Positions 19,546-30,354 are shown, counted from the stretch's first letter. The stretch: DNA of 64,000 nt from Turneriella sp. (GCA_965279515.1 CBDIID010000003.1:1216001-1280000), one strand, 5' to 3'. Program-made: numbers and translations. The notes: generated by a model from the sequence alone, not told the origin.

Positions 19546-20357
19546 TCCATCCCTCGAAAATCATCAAAGAACTGGGCATTGCCCCCTTAAAAAAACTCGG
19601 CCAGAATTTCCAGATCGATACCCATGTTGTCGCAAATGCCGCGGCCATTATACCCGCCGACGCGGTCATTCTCGAAATCGGCCCGGGCCTCGGCGCCTGG
19701 ACAGAGGTTTTTCTCGCACGCGGCCACAGCATGGTGCTCGCTGAAAAGGACCGCACCCTCGCAGAACGTATGCGTACGATATACGCGGGCGATGCCCGCA
19801 TCGAAGTCATCGAAGGAGATTTTCTCGAACAGGATATCCATGGCCAGCCGATCGCGCGTTGTACCGCGGCTGTGGGTAACCTGCCCTTCTATGTCACGTC
19901 AGAGTTGCTTTTGCGCCTCATCGTCGACTGCACATTCATCACGCATGGCCTGTTTGGCGTGCAGCTGGAGGTCGCCGAGCGCCTGGTCTCAGGCCGCGGT
20001 TCTTCGCTGGCGATCGCGCTGGGCTCGCAAGGAAAAATCCAGAATGCGGGAAAGATCGCGCGCACGAGTTTTTATCCCGCTCCCGCCGTCGACGCGGCAA
20101 TCATCGCTTTTACCCGCAGCCCGGCGCCACGCCGGCCGCACTTAAGGTTGCTGCTGAAGGCAGCATTCTGGGGTAAACGCAAGACTCTCGGCACGGCGCT
20201 GAGAAAAAATCCCTTCTGGGAAAAGGACGCCGCAGCGGTGGCGTGGCCGCAGAAACTCGAAAACCTGCCCTCGCCGCTGGGGGATATCCTGACACGCCGC
20301 GCCGACGACCTTTCGATAGCCGAATTTACGGCACTCTATGACGCGCTTATGTCTTGA
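19542..20357 (+). CDS. rsmA: 16S rRNA dimethyladenosine transferase RsmA/KsgA
   Basis: [36 protein letters not shown]. Confidence 0.9.
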   Translation: MIHPSKIIKELGIAPLKKLGQNFQIDTHVVANAAAIIPADAVILEIGPGLGAWTEVFLARGHSMVLAEKDRTLAERMRTIYAGDARIEVIEGDFLEQDIHGQPIARCTAAVGNLPFYVTSELLLRLIVDCTFITHGLFGVQLEVAERLVSGRGSSLAIALGSQGKIQNAGKIARTSFYPAPAVDAAIIAFTRSPAPRRPHLRLLLKAAFWGKRKTLGTALRKNPFWEKDAAAVAWPQKLENLPSPLGDILTRRADDLSIAEFTALYDALMS

Positions 20358-20393
20358 CATGCTTGCCTTGAGATTGGTCTTTACGGCAATCTG

Positions 20394-22874
20394 ATGCAGA
20401 CTATTGCAGAGCGCGGCGGCGCAAATCAACAAGTAACCCCCGGACAGGTCGTCGCCGCCAAAGGCCAGATCGTCAAATCACTGATCATTCTGCAAAAAGG
20501 GCAGGTCTCGGTCAACAGCGTTGAGACCGGGCAGATGGGGCAGGCAATTCTGCGCCCGCTCTATAACGTCAACGCGCCTGCGGTTATCGCGGGGGCATCA
20601 CTGTTTTCACAGGCGCGCAACGGCTATCATATCGTCACCTCGGCGGCGTCTGAAATCAGCGTCTACCCGAGTAATAAAGAATACCTGCTGAAACTGATCG
20701 CAGCCAAGCCCAATATCGGCGTTCTCGCGCTGAAATCTGTCTACAAAGATCTCACCGATCTTGAGGCAAAACAGGAACAGGCAGAGCAGACCTGGCACCA
20801 GCTCGACACTTTTGAGCTGGGCTTTTCAATCGCGCTGAGCGCGCTCCTGCCTGAGAAGTTCACGGGCGAAGAAAAAGCTACCGGTTTTGCCGACCCGCTT
20901 TTACCGGTGGCGCGCGTGCAGGTACAAGACTTTGTCGAACGCGGCGGCAATATTGTAAAACCCCTCAATGTTAATTTTTTGCGTTCGGCAAAAAACCAGA
21001 TTGAAACTGTTTCCGAAAAGAAGAGCGATTCGAACGCGGTGACGCTGTTGCGCCGCCTCGTCTCGCTGCCGCAAGATGCGCTGGCCATCATCGCCGTGCG
21101 CGACCCGCAACTATTACACACGACGGCAGAGACCGTTGCCGAACTCATCACCGCGAAGGGAGCGGAAATAGACAAAATTCTCGCAAACATGCAGAGTTTT
21201 CTCTCGCGCATGCTGGTCGGTGATTATGCCTGGCTTTCAAAATTTGCTCTGCAGGCCGAGCTCATGGAGTCGAATTCCAACACAGCGAGCCGCGATGACA
21301 TTTTCGCGGCCTGCGGTTTTTTTGCCGAGGGCTTCGCGGCGCTGCGCGATAAACTCTTAACCTTCGCCGAAATTGCCTACCCGCCCTACCCGCAGCCGTC
21401 GCTCCAGAAAATCCAGAAGGCCGCTTCGCAAAAAGATCCGGTCAAAGCCGCGCCGGCTGCAGAGGCGCAGTCTACGGAAATGGCGGGCGATCTTTCCGAA
21501 TTCCAGAATTCCGTGGACAAGATTCTCGAATGGAGCGAGACACCAGCCGATAAAACCACGCAGTTTAAAAAAGACTGGGACACCCTGAAAAAATTCAAAA
21601 ACCCGCTCGATGCATCTGACGACGACATACGCAAGCTGCGTCGTCGCGTCAGTCTGCAGTACTGGGATATCTTCGAGCGCGCCATGCTGAAGTACCTGAA
21701 AAAGCGTGCCGACCTGCCCCGCTACATGCGCCTGTTTTTTGACTATGGTTTCATGGACGAGACCCAGCTCGACGCCGAACACATGACGACGCTGGTCAAT
21801 GCCAGTTATGGCAAGGGTGATCCATGGCTGCCGATTTATACAGTCACCGAATGGCTCGCTGCGATCTATGACCGCAAGGTCACAACGAGCGTGAGCGAGA
21901 TGGGGCTCACCTTCTTCGAAACACTACGCCAGGACCCGGGTAACCGCGACAAAAAGTGGCGGCGTGAAAGCGACCTGCCCCCTGACGTCAATTCACCCGA
22001 AGCACGGGTCAAATTCGAAATAAAAGAAATGCTGCAGATGAACTGCCGCCTTTGCTCCGGTAACATCTCAAGCCATCTCAACATTCTCACGCGCCACCAG
22101 ATCACGCAGCCGCTCTCGAAGGTGCTGATCACAAAAGACACCGTGGTCGCTGAAGTGAGAAAAATCGTCGGCACCGATTTCGGCGCATTCCACCGCGAAG
22201 TCCTTTATACTAACGAGGCGATGAATATCCAGCGCGAATTTATCCAGGTACAGATCACGCCGAATATCGTGCTTGTGCCTTCGATCGGTACGGTCATCCA
22301 GTTCTGGCAAGACCGCGAGGGTAACGACCGCATGTCGCGCGGCCGCCTCATTGGACCGATTATGGTCACTGCAGACCTGCATATGATGCTGCTGCGCGCG
22401 ATCGGCACCTACCGCTGGGAAATGTGCAAGACCACGATGGGTCCTGACTGGAACAATATTTCCGTTTCATCGCTCACGGCCGACTACACCGACTACGTGC
22501 AGTTTTATTATAAGAGTAAAGAGCTTTCCGAAGAAATCAAGGAAAAGCTCGGCGAAGATTTTAAGCGTTTCCGCGACGACCGTGCGCGCTTCGTCAACGA
22601 CTACTCGGTCTATATGCGTTTTGAATCCGATGGTTCGCAGAGGATGAACCGCGTTTCACGCAAGATATTCACAAAACATGTGCCTTTCTCCAAAGAGATC
22701 CGCGAGCGCCTCTTGAAGCTGCCGAGTTATACCGACGTGGTGCAAAAGTCGATCAACATCCGTAAGAAAAAGGCCAACGAACTCACGCCCCGTTATACGA
22801 AATACGAGCGCGAGAATAAGGCATTGCCGAAAGAACTGAGCGAGACGCGCAAATTCTATAACATGGAATACTAA
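20394..22874 (+). CDS. Large protein with degenerate N-terminal cyclic-nucleotide-binding-like domain
   Basis: 826-aa ORF; N-terminal KGQIVKSLIILQKGQV resembles a cNMP-binding barrel; helical C-terminal region of unknown function. Confidence 0.65.
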   Translation: MQTIAERGGANQQVTPGQVVAAKGQIVKSLIILQKGQVSVNSVETGQMGQAILRPLYNVNAPAVIAGASLFSQARNGYHIVTSAASEISVYPSNKEYLLKLIAAKPNIGVLALKSVYKDLTDLEAKQEQAEQTWHQLDTFELGFSIALSALLPEKFTGEEKATGFADPLLPVARVQVQDFVERGGNIVKPLNVNFLRSAKNQIETVSEKKSDSNAVTLLRRLVSLPQDALAIIAVRDPQLLHTTAETVAELITAKGAEIDKILANMQSFLSRMLVGDYAWLSKFALQAELMESNSNTASRDDIFAACGFFAEGFAALRDKLLTFAEIAYPPYPQPSLQKIQKAASQKDPVKAAPAAEAQSTEMAGDLSEFQNSVDKILEWSETPADKTTQFKKDWDTLKKFKNPLDASDDDIRKLRRRVSLQYWDIFERAMLKYLKKRADLPRYMRLFFDYGFMDETQLDAEHMTTLVNASYGKGDPWLPIYTVTEWLAAIYDRKVTTSVSEMGLTFFETLRQDPGNRDKKWRRESDLPPDVNSPEARVKFEIKEMLQMNCRLCSGNISSHLNILTRHQITQPLSKVLITKDTVVAEVRKIVGTDFGAFHREVLYTNEAMNIQREFIQVQITPNIVLVPSIGTVIQFWQDREGNDRMSRGRLIGPIMVTADLHMMLLRAIGTYRWEMCKTTMGPDWNNISVSSLTADYTDYVQFYYKSKELSEEIKEKLGEDFKRFRDDRARFVNDYSVYMRFESDGSQRMNRVSRKIFTKHVPFSKEIRERLLKLPSYTDVVQKSINIRKKKANELTPRYTKYERENKALPKELSETRKFYNMEY

Positions 22875-22915
22875 ACAGGCACAGGCACCGTCCAAAGTCC
22901 CATTGAATTTTTTCT

Positions 22916-25417
22916 ATGAGGCATGTTTCGCAGTCTCAATCTAACCAAATGGTTAATTCGAGATTAATCTTTCTGGGACTTCCTTTTCTGCTATCGCTGA
23001 GCGCCCTGGCGGCTGCACCGCTGACGATTTCAGGTAAGGTATTTAATGAAGCGAACGGTGAAGCACTTGAATTCGGCACCATTGTCATTCCCGAAGCGCA
23101 GTTTAAGAGCAGGATTAACGCAGACGGAAGTTACGCCGCCGCTGTGCCAGGGCCGGGCGAATACACTTTAATTATCACCTCACCCGGATTAAAAAACTTT
23201 TCCGAGAAAATCCGCATCGAAAAAGCACTAAAGCGGGATTTCCGCATGAGCTTACCCATCATCAAGGCCCAAACTGTTAAACTCAGGGAAGAGCGCGATA
23301 TCCAGAAACTCGGGCGCAATACTCTTTCCGTCGAACAACTCAAGGAAACACCGGCAACATTCGGCGACGCAATCAATGCGCTCGCGACGCTCCCGGGAGT
23401 GATCCGTCCCGCCGGGTTTTTCGGGCCGCTCATTATCCGCGCCGCCGGTGACAAGGCCAACCGTTATTTCATCGACGACATTCCGGTACCCAACCCGCAA
23501 CACTTCGGCGGCCTGCAATCGATCATATCGAACGATATGATGCGCGAGATTGACCTCTATTCGTCGGCCTTTCCTTCACAGTTCGGCGGTGCGGTCGGTG
23601 CGATCATTGATATCCAGACAGTCGATGAGGTTAAGGAATTCGGCGGCGTGGTGGATGTCTCACTGATCTCATCCAACTTTCTTTTGAAAAACAAATGGGG
23701 AAAAAATGCCGGGGGCGAAGTCAAAATTACGCCGCAGGCCGGTGATGAACAATATTCGCCCAACCCGCTGAGCCTGGCGGAGTATCCTAAAAAAACTGGG
23801 CCGACCGGTTACTGGATCGCTTCGGGTCGTATCGGTTACCTGACCTTACTCGTACCACCGATCTATAAACTCATCACCGGAAAAACCATCGATCGCCTGC
23901 CCGAATATTACGACTACCAGCTGAAGGGAAAAATATTCGCAGACGACGCAGGCCGGCATTCGCTGACGGCGCTGTTTTTCGGCAGCTACGACACGCTGAA
24001 ATTTACGCGCAACTACACAGATGAAGAAAAAGCAAAAAAAAGAGAGGAAGGAGACGACCCCGCGCTCGCCACCTTCAACATCAGCAACGATGTGTCTTCG
24101 CATAGCCAGGGCCTGTATTATGAATACACGCCGTCGATTAAGCTGAAAAACAGGCTCATTGCCTATAACAGCTATACATATAGCTACTTCTACGCCGATT
24201 TAGGTTCCACGAGTAATATTGGTGCGACCGATCTCAAAGTATATCCCAATATCTTCGGCCTGAAGGATAAGCTGAAACTCGATTGGGCAAATTTTGCTAC
24301 ACTGCGCGCCGCAATCGAATACAACCTGTATTATTTCAAATCGAGCGGGCAGACGCAGCAACTGACATCAGCGGCGCCGACGAATGGCCAGCCCGATCTC
24401 GGCAACAGCGGGCTGTTCCAGACCGTGCCGGTGAATTTTAACGAACAGAACCACCTTGCATCCGCGTATGCGGAAAACAAATTCCAGTTCGGCAGTCTGA
24501 AATTTGTGCCGGGTATCCGCAGCGATTTTCTGTCGCGCACGAAAACTGCAACATTCGATCCGCGCGGGCTGATCAGCTATGAATTCCCCAGCGAAACGAC
24601 CATTGCGGTTGCTGCGGGACAGTACCAGTCCTTTGCGCAGGTAAACACCTTCTACTTCAATCAGATTTTCAACCAACAGCCGCAAATTGTCGTGGCGGAT
24701 TACCTGAAACCCGAGCGGGCAATCCACCGCACCGTGGGCATCGAACAAAGACTCGATACTTTTATTTTCAAACTCGAGGGTTTCATGAACGACTTCGACC
24801 GGCTGCTCGAATCGAATACCGGTTCCACAAACGGAGAATATTTCAAGAACACCGGAGAACTCAGGGCACGCGGCCTCGAATTCATGATCCGCAAGGACAA
24901 GAGCGATAAGGCGGTCGAATTCTATGGCTGGATCAGCTACACCTACACCCAGGGTGAAAGATTCCGCAACGGGCAATGGGGTCGCTTCGAGTTTGAGCAA
25001 CCACATTCCTTGAAGCTGGTTGCGGGTTTCCGCTGGGGTGCCAACACTATAGGAGCCCAGTTTCAACTCTACTCGGGTTTTCCCTACACGCCAATTGTCG
25101 GCGGCGCATGCACGGGCGGCAACTATACCTGCTCAAGCGCCGAAACCACACGCTACTCACCCACATACGATTCAAGCCTCTATGGCGGACGGTATCCTTT
25201 GTCGCACCGCCTCGATATCCGTTACACGCGCAAGACCGCGTATAAGTGGGGGTACTTCAGCTGGTATATCGAAATCATTAACATCTACAATTATGCAGCG
25301 GCGAGTCAGCAAAAATGGAATTATAACCAGCCTTACTCCGACTCAAACCCAAAGATTCAGGTGCCCGACGGGGTGTTGACGCTGATCCCCTACTTCGGCC
25401 TCGAGTGGCGGTTCTAG
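22916..25417 (+). CDS. TonB-dependent receptor with N-terminal carboxypeptidase-regulatory-like domain (start may be 22949)
   Basis: Plug motif LATLPGV...LIIR, FPSQFGGAVGAIIDI, barrel strands, C-terminal FGLEWRF. Confidence 0.9.
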   Translation: MRHVSQSQSNQMVNSRLIFLGLPFLLSLSALAAAPLTISGKVFNEANGEALEFGTIVIPEAQFKSRINADGSYAAAVPGPGEYTLIITSPGLKNFSEKIRIEKALKRDFRMSLPIIKAQTVKLREERDIQKLGRNTLSVEQLKETPATFGDAINALATLPGVIRPAGFFGPLIIRAAGDKANRYFIDDIPVPNPQHFGGLQSIISNDMMREIDLYSSAFPSQFGGAVGAIIDIQTVDEVKEFGGVVDVSLISSNFLLKNKWGKNAGGEVKITPQAGDEQYSPNPLSLAEYPKKTGPTGYWIASGRIGYLTLLVPPIYKLITGKTIDRLPEYYDYQLKGKIFADDAGRHSLTALFFGSYDTLKFTRNYTDEEKAKKREEGDDPALATFNISNDVSSHSQGLYYEYTPSIKLKNRLIAYNSYTYSYFYADLGSTSNIGATDLKVYPNIFGLKDKLKLDWANFATLRAAIEYNLYYFKSSGQTQQLTSAAPTNGQPDLGNSGLFQTVPVNFNEQNHLASAYAENKFQFGSLKFVPGIRSDFLSRTKTATFDPRGLISYEFPSETTIAVAAGQYQSFAQVNTFYFNQIFNQQPQIVVADYLKPERAIHRTVGIEQRLDTFIFKLEGFMNDFDRLLESNTGSTNGEYFKNTGELRARGLEFMIRKDKSDKAVEFYGWISYTYTQGERFRNGQWGRFEFEQPHSLKLVAGFRWGANTIGAQFQLYSGFPYTPIVGGACTGGNYTCSSAETTRYSPTYDSSLYGGRYPLSHRLDIRYTRKTAYKWGYFSWYIEIINIYNYAAASQQKWNYNQPYSDSNPKIQVPDGVLTLIPYFGLEWRF

Positions 25418-25449
25418 CAGGCCGTGGAAAGTTTTCTTTCCGTGGCCTG
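25418..25449. terminator. Hairpin between convergent genes
   Basis: CAGGCCGTGGAAAG-TTTT-CTTTCCGTGGCCTG, a 14-bp stem with two G:U pairs that fills the gap between the stop codons. Confidence 0.6.
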
Positions 25450-27567
25450 TTAGAATTCAATGAATGTGTAGAGATTGCGGGTCGTTTTACCGAACTCGCT
25501 TTCTTTAATAATAAATTTGAATCCCTGGCGGGCGACGATGTCTTCGATGGCTTTACCGGCTTGCCCGGCATGCACGACTGCAAGGTGAGACGGGCTCAGC
25601 AATAATATCTTCTCGCCTTCAACGAGTTTTTCAGAGATCTCGTGCATCAGGGTCAGAATCTGATCGAGCGGCAGCGATGATTCAAAGACGAACTGTGCAA
25701 TAACCGGTGCGACTTCACCCGTCAGGGAAATGCTCTCTTTGAGCTCGCGCACCGCCCAGTCGGCAAGATCGCGCGGATTATCTGTTTCTTTGTCCCTCTC
25801 TATAAAGAACATCTGGATTGCCGGTGCGATTTGCCGCAGGTAACTCTTCACGGTGGTAATGACCTCGGCGTCCGCGAGAGCTCCGCCGCGCGCGCTGTCG
25901 AAAAAGACGACGCGCGCTTTGATAAAACTTTCGGCCAGCGTAAAAATGTGCAGGCCCTTCAGGGTCTCGGCAAAGCCTGCGGGAAACCTTTTCTTAAAAT
26001 AAGGATTTTTGCGAAGATTCGGCGTAATTTCAATATAGCTGTAGTCGGTCACATCGTTCGGCAAAACGGAGTCTTTGGGTAGAAGATAGAATACTTTCGA
26101 CAATTCATCCGGCGCACCAAAGACAAAACCTGTTTTAAAAACAGCGTGTCCCGGATCATAGAGCATAACGGCAAAATCGCGCGATTGCACGGCGTCACCC
26201 GCGACACGCATCGCCTCGGCAAGCTCAGTCTGGCCGACTTCGTCGAAATAAAGCTCGTTGAGGTAATAGATATACTGGTCGATCGCCGGGTAACGGTAAG
26301 TTTCCTGAAAGTCATCGATGAGCTTCGTCAGGTCAGAAGGTGTCGGGGTAATTTCGGCCACAGGCCCTGAGGGCGCCGCCATCGCCGCCATCAGGGTTTT
26401 AAGTTCGTCGCTGAAGGCGCGCTCGCGCAGTTTCTGCTCGTGTTCGCCGAGTTTTTTCGCTTCGATCGGCCGCGGTGATCTCACCAGCGCCGGATTCATA
26501 AAGCGGAACTGCCGGTTCTCTGGCATAACGTCGATGACCAGCGGTACGGCCTGCGGCGGTTTTGCCTCTGTTACGATAGTCCGTCCCTCGCGGATCTTGG
26601 CTTCGATAGCCGCGGCGCGTGAAGCCGTGCTCTGCGATGCCAGCTTTTCCGTGACGTCTTTTTCCCTGTCGATCTCGCCTAACTTTTCGAGTTCGTCGAG
26701 CACTCCGCTCTGCGCATGGAGTGCCTTCGAGTGTGCGGCGAGAATACGTTCGGAAATTTCGCGCCGGGTATAATTGCTGTTCATATGCCCGCGCACAATA
26801 CCGACGAACGCGGCGATCAGCAGCAGCAGGCCGAAATAGAGACTCAGGTAGGTATAAAGCGGGGGTAGCTCGGACACCTGGAAGAGAATCATATTCTCTT
26901 CGAGCCAGGTACGCCTGAGCGAGAGGTAGCGGTTACCGCGCACGGTCATAGAACGCTCGGGCCGTGTCTGCTGCGACAGGAGCACTCCGATCAGCTTTTT
27001 TTCTTCGGCATTGAAAACATCGCGGGAAAACGCTGCGACGGTAGTAAAATCATACGTCGCGGCAAACAGCGTGGCAAAAGTGTTCTTGAGATCGGGCCTG
27101 ACTATGAAAACGATGTGCCCGAGGCGTTTGCCCGTAAAATCGCTGATATCATGGCGACGTAACAGGCCGCCCTCGGCGAGGTTACTGCGTTGTTTTTTCT
27201 CACGCACGAGGCTACGCTCGCGGTCTGCCAGATCGCGGCCGGAACGCGCCAGGGTAATAAAGTTTTTATCGAGTACGATCGCCGATTCGACGAGATCGGC
27301 ATTGCGGTTCAGATCGCGTAAATCCACATCGCGCTTGTCTGCCTTGTTGCCGCCCGCGCGCACACCCAGGAGGCGGAAAAAATCACCGTTGCGGTTTCGT
27401 AACGCCACGTCTTCGTCGAGTCGTTCGATGTCGGCATGCAGGTTGTCGAAACGCGTTTCGGCCAGCGATGCCACGCGGTTAATAAATGCGAAACGTTCTG
27501 CCCAGAACGCCGCAACACCGGTTACTAACGCGAGCGCGGCAAAGAGGTAATTACGGGCCATGGACAA
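25450..27567 (-). CDS. Hypothetical membrane protein (TM, periplasmic domain, TM, large cytoplasmic region)
   Basis: 705-aa ORF with two hydrophobic segments; in an operon with the NUDIX gene. Confidence 0.7.
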   Translation of the reverse strand: MSMARNYLFAALALVTGVAAFWAERFAFINRVASLAETRFDNLHADIERLDEDVALRNRNGDFFRLLGVRAGGNKADKRDVDLRDLNRNADLVESAIVLDKNFITLARSGRDLADRERSLVREKKQRSNLAEGGLLRRHDISDFTGKRLGHIVFIVRPDLKNTFATLFAATYDFTTVAAFSRDVFNAEEKKLIGVLLSQQTRPERSMTVRGNRYLSLRRTWLEENMILFQVSELPPLYTYLSLYFGLLLLIAAFVGIVRGHMNSNYTRREISERILAAHSKALHAQSGVLDELEKLGEIDREKDVTEKLASQSTASRAAAIEAKIREGRTIVTEAKPPQAVPLVIDVMPENRQFRFMNPALVRSPRPIEAKKLGEHEQKLRERAFSDELKTLMAAMAAPSGPVAEITPTPSDLTKLIDDFQETYRYPAIDQYIYYLNELYFDEVGQTELAEAMRVAGDAVQSRDFAVMLYDPGHAVFKTGFVFGAPDELSKVFYLLPKDSVLPNDVTDYSYIEITPNLRKNPYFKKRFPAGFAETLKGLHIFTLAESFIKARVVFFDSARGGALADAEVITTVKSYLRQIAPAIQMFFIERDKETDNPRDLADWAVRELKESISLTGEVAPVIAQFVFESSLPLDQILTLMHEISEKLVEGEKILLLSPSHLAVVHAGQAGKAIEDIVARQGFKFIIKESEFGKTTRNLYTFIEF

Positions 27568-28035
27568 TCAGGTGAGCCAGCGGTAACGCTGGTACGAGGC
27601 GTATTCCTCGCCGCGGCAAAACGCTTTGACCTGCGGCAGACAATCCGGAAAAAAAGCTATTTCGTCGATTCTGTTGATGGGAATCCAGTCATACCCGGCA
27701 AGAGCACCCTCGCGTTTGACCTCGATGTTGCCCTCGATAGTATCGATCTGGAAGACCATCTGAAAGACCTGGGTGCGCCGCGACTCGGCGGGCACTGACT
27801 CTCCGCAGAACAAAAACTTGCCCACGGTGACCTTGAGGCTCAACTCCTCTTGCCATTCACGGCTGAGCGCTTCGACTGCCGACTCACCGGTTTCCTGCCC
27901 GCCGCCGGGCAACAGGTAATATTCGCGCCCGGCCTTGCGGTGTTTGACGAGTAAAATATTTCCACCGCGGGCATAGATGCCCGCGATACGATGGCGGATA
28001 GCCTGGCGGCCCACAAGGAAATTAGGCACGCCCAT
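27568..28035 (-). CDS. NUDIX hydrolase
   Basis: PGGGQETGESAVEALSREWQEEL Nudix box; ATG 28035 overlaps the upstream TAA. Confidence 0.88.
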   Translation of the reverse strand: MGVPNFLVGRQAIRHRIAGIYARGGNILLVKHRKAGREYYLLPGGGQETGESAVEALSREWQEELSLKVTVGKFLFCGESVPAESRRTQVFQMVFQIDTIEGNIEVKREGALAGYDWIPINRIDEIAFFPDCLPQVKAFCRGEEYASYQRYRWLT

Positions 28036-28559
28036 TATGCCTGCACAGCCTCGAATCTGATGAGCACCGTGTCCGCATCGACTTGTGCCCCGGCCTCGAC
28101 GAGAATCTCTTTGATGCGGCATGCCCCCGTGGCCTTCAGCGTCATTTCCATTTTCATGGCTTCCTGAATCAGGAGCGCATCGCCCGCCTGGACAACGTCG
28201 CCCACACGCGCGGTGATTTTAATAATCTTACCGGGAATCTCAGAGCGCAGCTCTGCCGCGCCCGCACGGTCACCGCCCTCGCCCTTAAAGGCTGTGTGCG
28301 TGAGACGGTAATAGAAACCGTCGATGACGAGGTCCGTACTGGCGGCGGATGTATGGAAGTGCGCAGGGCTACTCTCGCCTGCAAGGCGGATAGATGCACT
28401 GCCGGAAACAACCTGCCCCGCTGCGGGCGATGCGGTCAAAGAGACAACGGAAAACTCTTCGCCCGTCGCTGCGCCCGGCGCAGCCGCAGCGATGACGCGA
28501 CCGTCACCGGCGATGCGCGGAAATGTTTTCTGTTCATGGCGGAAATGCCGACGGCGCAT
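28035..28559 (-). CDS. Biotin carboxyl carrier (biotin/lipoyl attachment) protein
   Basis: EIPGKIIK...GD.V..GD.LLIQEAMKME. Confidence 0.88.
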   Translation of the reverse strand: MRRRHFRHEQKTFPRIAGDGRVIAAAAPGAATGEEFSVVSLTASPAAGQVVSGSASIRLAGESSPAHFHTSAASTDLVIDGFYYRLTHTAFKGEGGDRAGAAELRSEIPGKIIKITARVGDVVQAGDALLIQEAMKMEMTLKATGACRIKEILVEAGAQVDADTVLIRFEAVQA

Positions 28560-28671
28560 GGATAGGGGTAGGTCAACTGAGGCGTACAGGTTGGCAACTA
28601 AAACCGTTGCAGATGGGCCGAATTTCAATAAAATCTTGACACGCACATGGACATGGCCTTTCTCAACGCGT

Positions 28672-30354
28672 ATGCGCCGCGCCTACTATGAAATCCGCCG
28701 AATGCTCGCGGTCAATTCCATCGTCATCGATCTTGTGATCGATATGATAATTTCTTACCTGTACCGGCCGCGTGGCCTCAGGCCCCGCCCCTTCTCGCGG
28801 CGCTTCATTGCCGGTATCGTCAGGCGAATTTTCCGCCGTCCCAAGAATTTCGCACGTTTTCCCGTCCAGTTCCGGCGTACGCTTGAACGTTTAGGGCCGA
28901 CCTACGTAAAACTCGGACAGATTTTGTCGCTGCGAGACGATATGCTGCCTGAGCGCATCACGCTGGAACTCAGAAAACTGCAAAGCGCGGTTCCGCCGAT
29001 TCCATACGCAGATGCGAAAGGAGTTATTGAGGCAGAGTTCAACATGCCGATACGGCATATTTTCGCCGAGTTTTCAGAAATTCCGGTGGCTTCGGCCTCT
29101 CTCGCCCAGGCGCATATTGCTAAACTCCGCAGCGGCCAGAAAGTCGTCGTCAAGGTCCAGCGCCCGGGTATCACCCGGCTTATCAGCGATGATATCAATG
29201 TCATGCGCCGCCTGGCTTTTGTCATGGAAAGAATTCCCAAACTGCGCGACTATCGTCCTGCGCACTTTGTCGAAGAATTCGCTAAGTACACGATGCGCGA
29301 ACTCGACTTTGCGCAAGAAGGCAAACATGCGGATATCTTCCGCGAAAACTTCAAGGATTGGGATGACATCACTTTCCCGCGTATTTACTGGGACTATACC
29401 TCGCGGCGCGTTCTGACGATGGAATTTGTCGACGGCGTGAAACCCGACGACCGCGCCAAACTCAAAAAACTCGGCATCAACGGCCCCAAGCTGGCAGCAC
29501 GCGGCGCGCAAGCCGTGCTCAAAATGCTCTACATCGACGGTTTTTTTCACGGTGACCCGCATCCCGGTAACATGTTCATCGTCGACCGCAGCAAAATCTG
29601 CATGATCGATTTGGGCATGATCGGCTCGTTCAACCCGGAAACCCGCAACAACATGTTCTTATACTACTACTTCACGGTAATCCGGGAATTCGACCATGCC
29701 ACAAGTTACCTGGTAAAACTCACCGAGCCGGGCCGCAAGGCCGACGTCGCGGGCTTTCGCACCGAACTTGCCGAACAAATCAAACGCTGGTCGGGCTCAT
29801 CGGCGTTCAAGGAATACTCGCTGGGCCGGCTCATCTTTGATACGATGAATATCGGTGCCAAACACCGCCTGTATTTTCATGGCGACCTGGTACTTTCTTC
29901 GAAATGTATTATCACGATTGAAGCCGTGGGCGCCATTCTCGACCCTAAAATGGACCTCGCCAAAGTTTCGCGGCCAATGATGGAACAGATCTTTGCCGAA
30001 CAGATGTCGCTCGCGCGTTACGGTAAATCCATCCTGCGCGCCTTACCCGACTATCTCGAATACGCTGAGAAAATACCCGACCAGATCCTGAAAACAATTG
30101 GCATGATCTCTTCGGGTAAATTCCAGATCGAAGTGACGCGGCCACCAGAAAGGGAAACGCGCGACCGCAGTAACCATTTCAGCATCATGGGCTTCGTCTC
30201 GCTCTGCCTTGCCGTTTTATTCCTCGTGCGCGACGACCTGTCACCCAGCCAGTGGACGTTGCCGTTTATCGGCAGCGTTTCTGCTCTGGGAGTCATCGGC
30301 GCGCTGAGTTCGGCGTTCTTCTTTATGCTGGCACGCCGGGCCGAGCCGGAATAG
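28672..30354 (+). CDS. AarF/ABC1/UbiB family atypical kinase
   Basis: LGPTYVKLGQILS, ASASLAQAH, VKVQRP, ELDF..E, FFHGDPHPGN, IDLGMIG, C-terminal TMs. The ORF-track start at 28324 overlaps the divergent gene. Confidence 0.92.
   Translation: MRRAYYEIRRMLAVNSIVIDLVIDMIISYLYRPRGLRPRPFSRRFIAGIVRRIFRRPKNFARFPVQFRRTLERLGPTYVKLGQILSLRDDMLPERITLELRKLQSAVPPIPYADAKGVIEAEFNMPIRHIFAEFSEIPVASASLAQAHIAKLRSGQKVVVKVQRPGITRLISDDINVMRRLAFVMERIPKLRDYRPAHFVEEFAKYTMRELDFAQEGKHADIFRENFKDWDDITFPRIYWDYTSRRVLTMEFVDGVKPDDRAKLKKLGINGPKLAARGAQAVLKMLYIDGFFHGDPHPGNMFIVDRSKICMIDLGMIGSFNPETRNNMFLYYYFTVIREFDHATSYLVKLTEPGRKADVAGFRTELAEQIKRWSGSSAFKEYSLGRLIFDTMNIGAKHRLYFHGDLVLSSKCIITIEAVGAILDPKMDLAKVSRPMMEQIFAEQMSLARYGKSILRALPDYLEYAEKIPDQILKTIGMISSGKFQIEVTRPPERETRDRSNHFSIMGFVSLCLAVLFLVRDDLSPSQWTLPFIGSVSALGVIGALSSAFFFMLARRAEPE

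Noticed and set aside
28324..28671. N-terminal extension of the UbiB-family ORF overlapping the divergent biotin carrier gene
   Set aside because: ATG 28672 and ATG 28559 give non-overlapping divergent genes with a TTGACA box between them.
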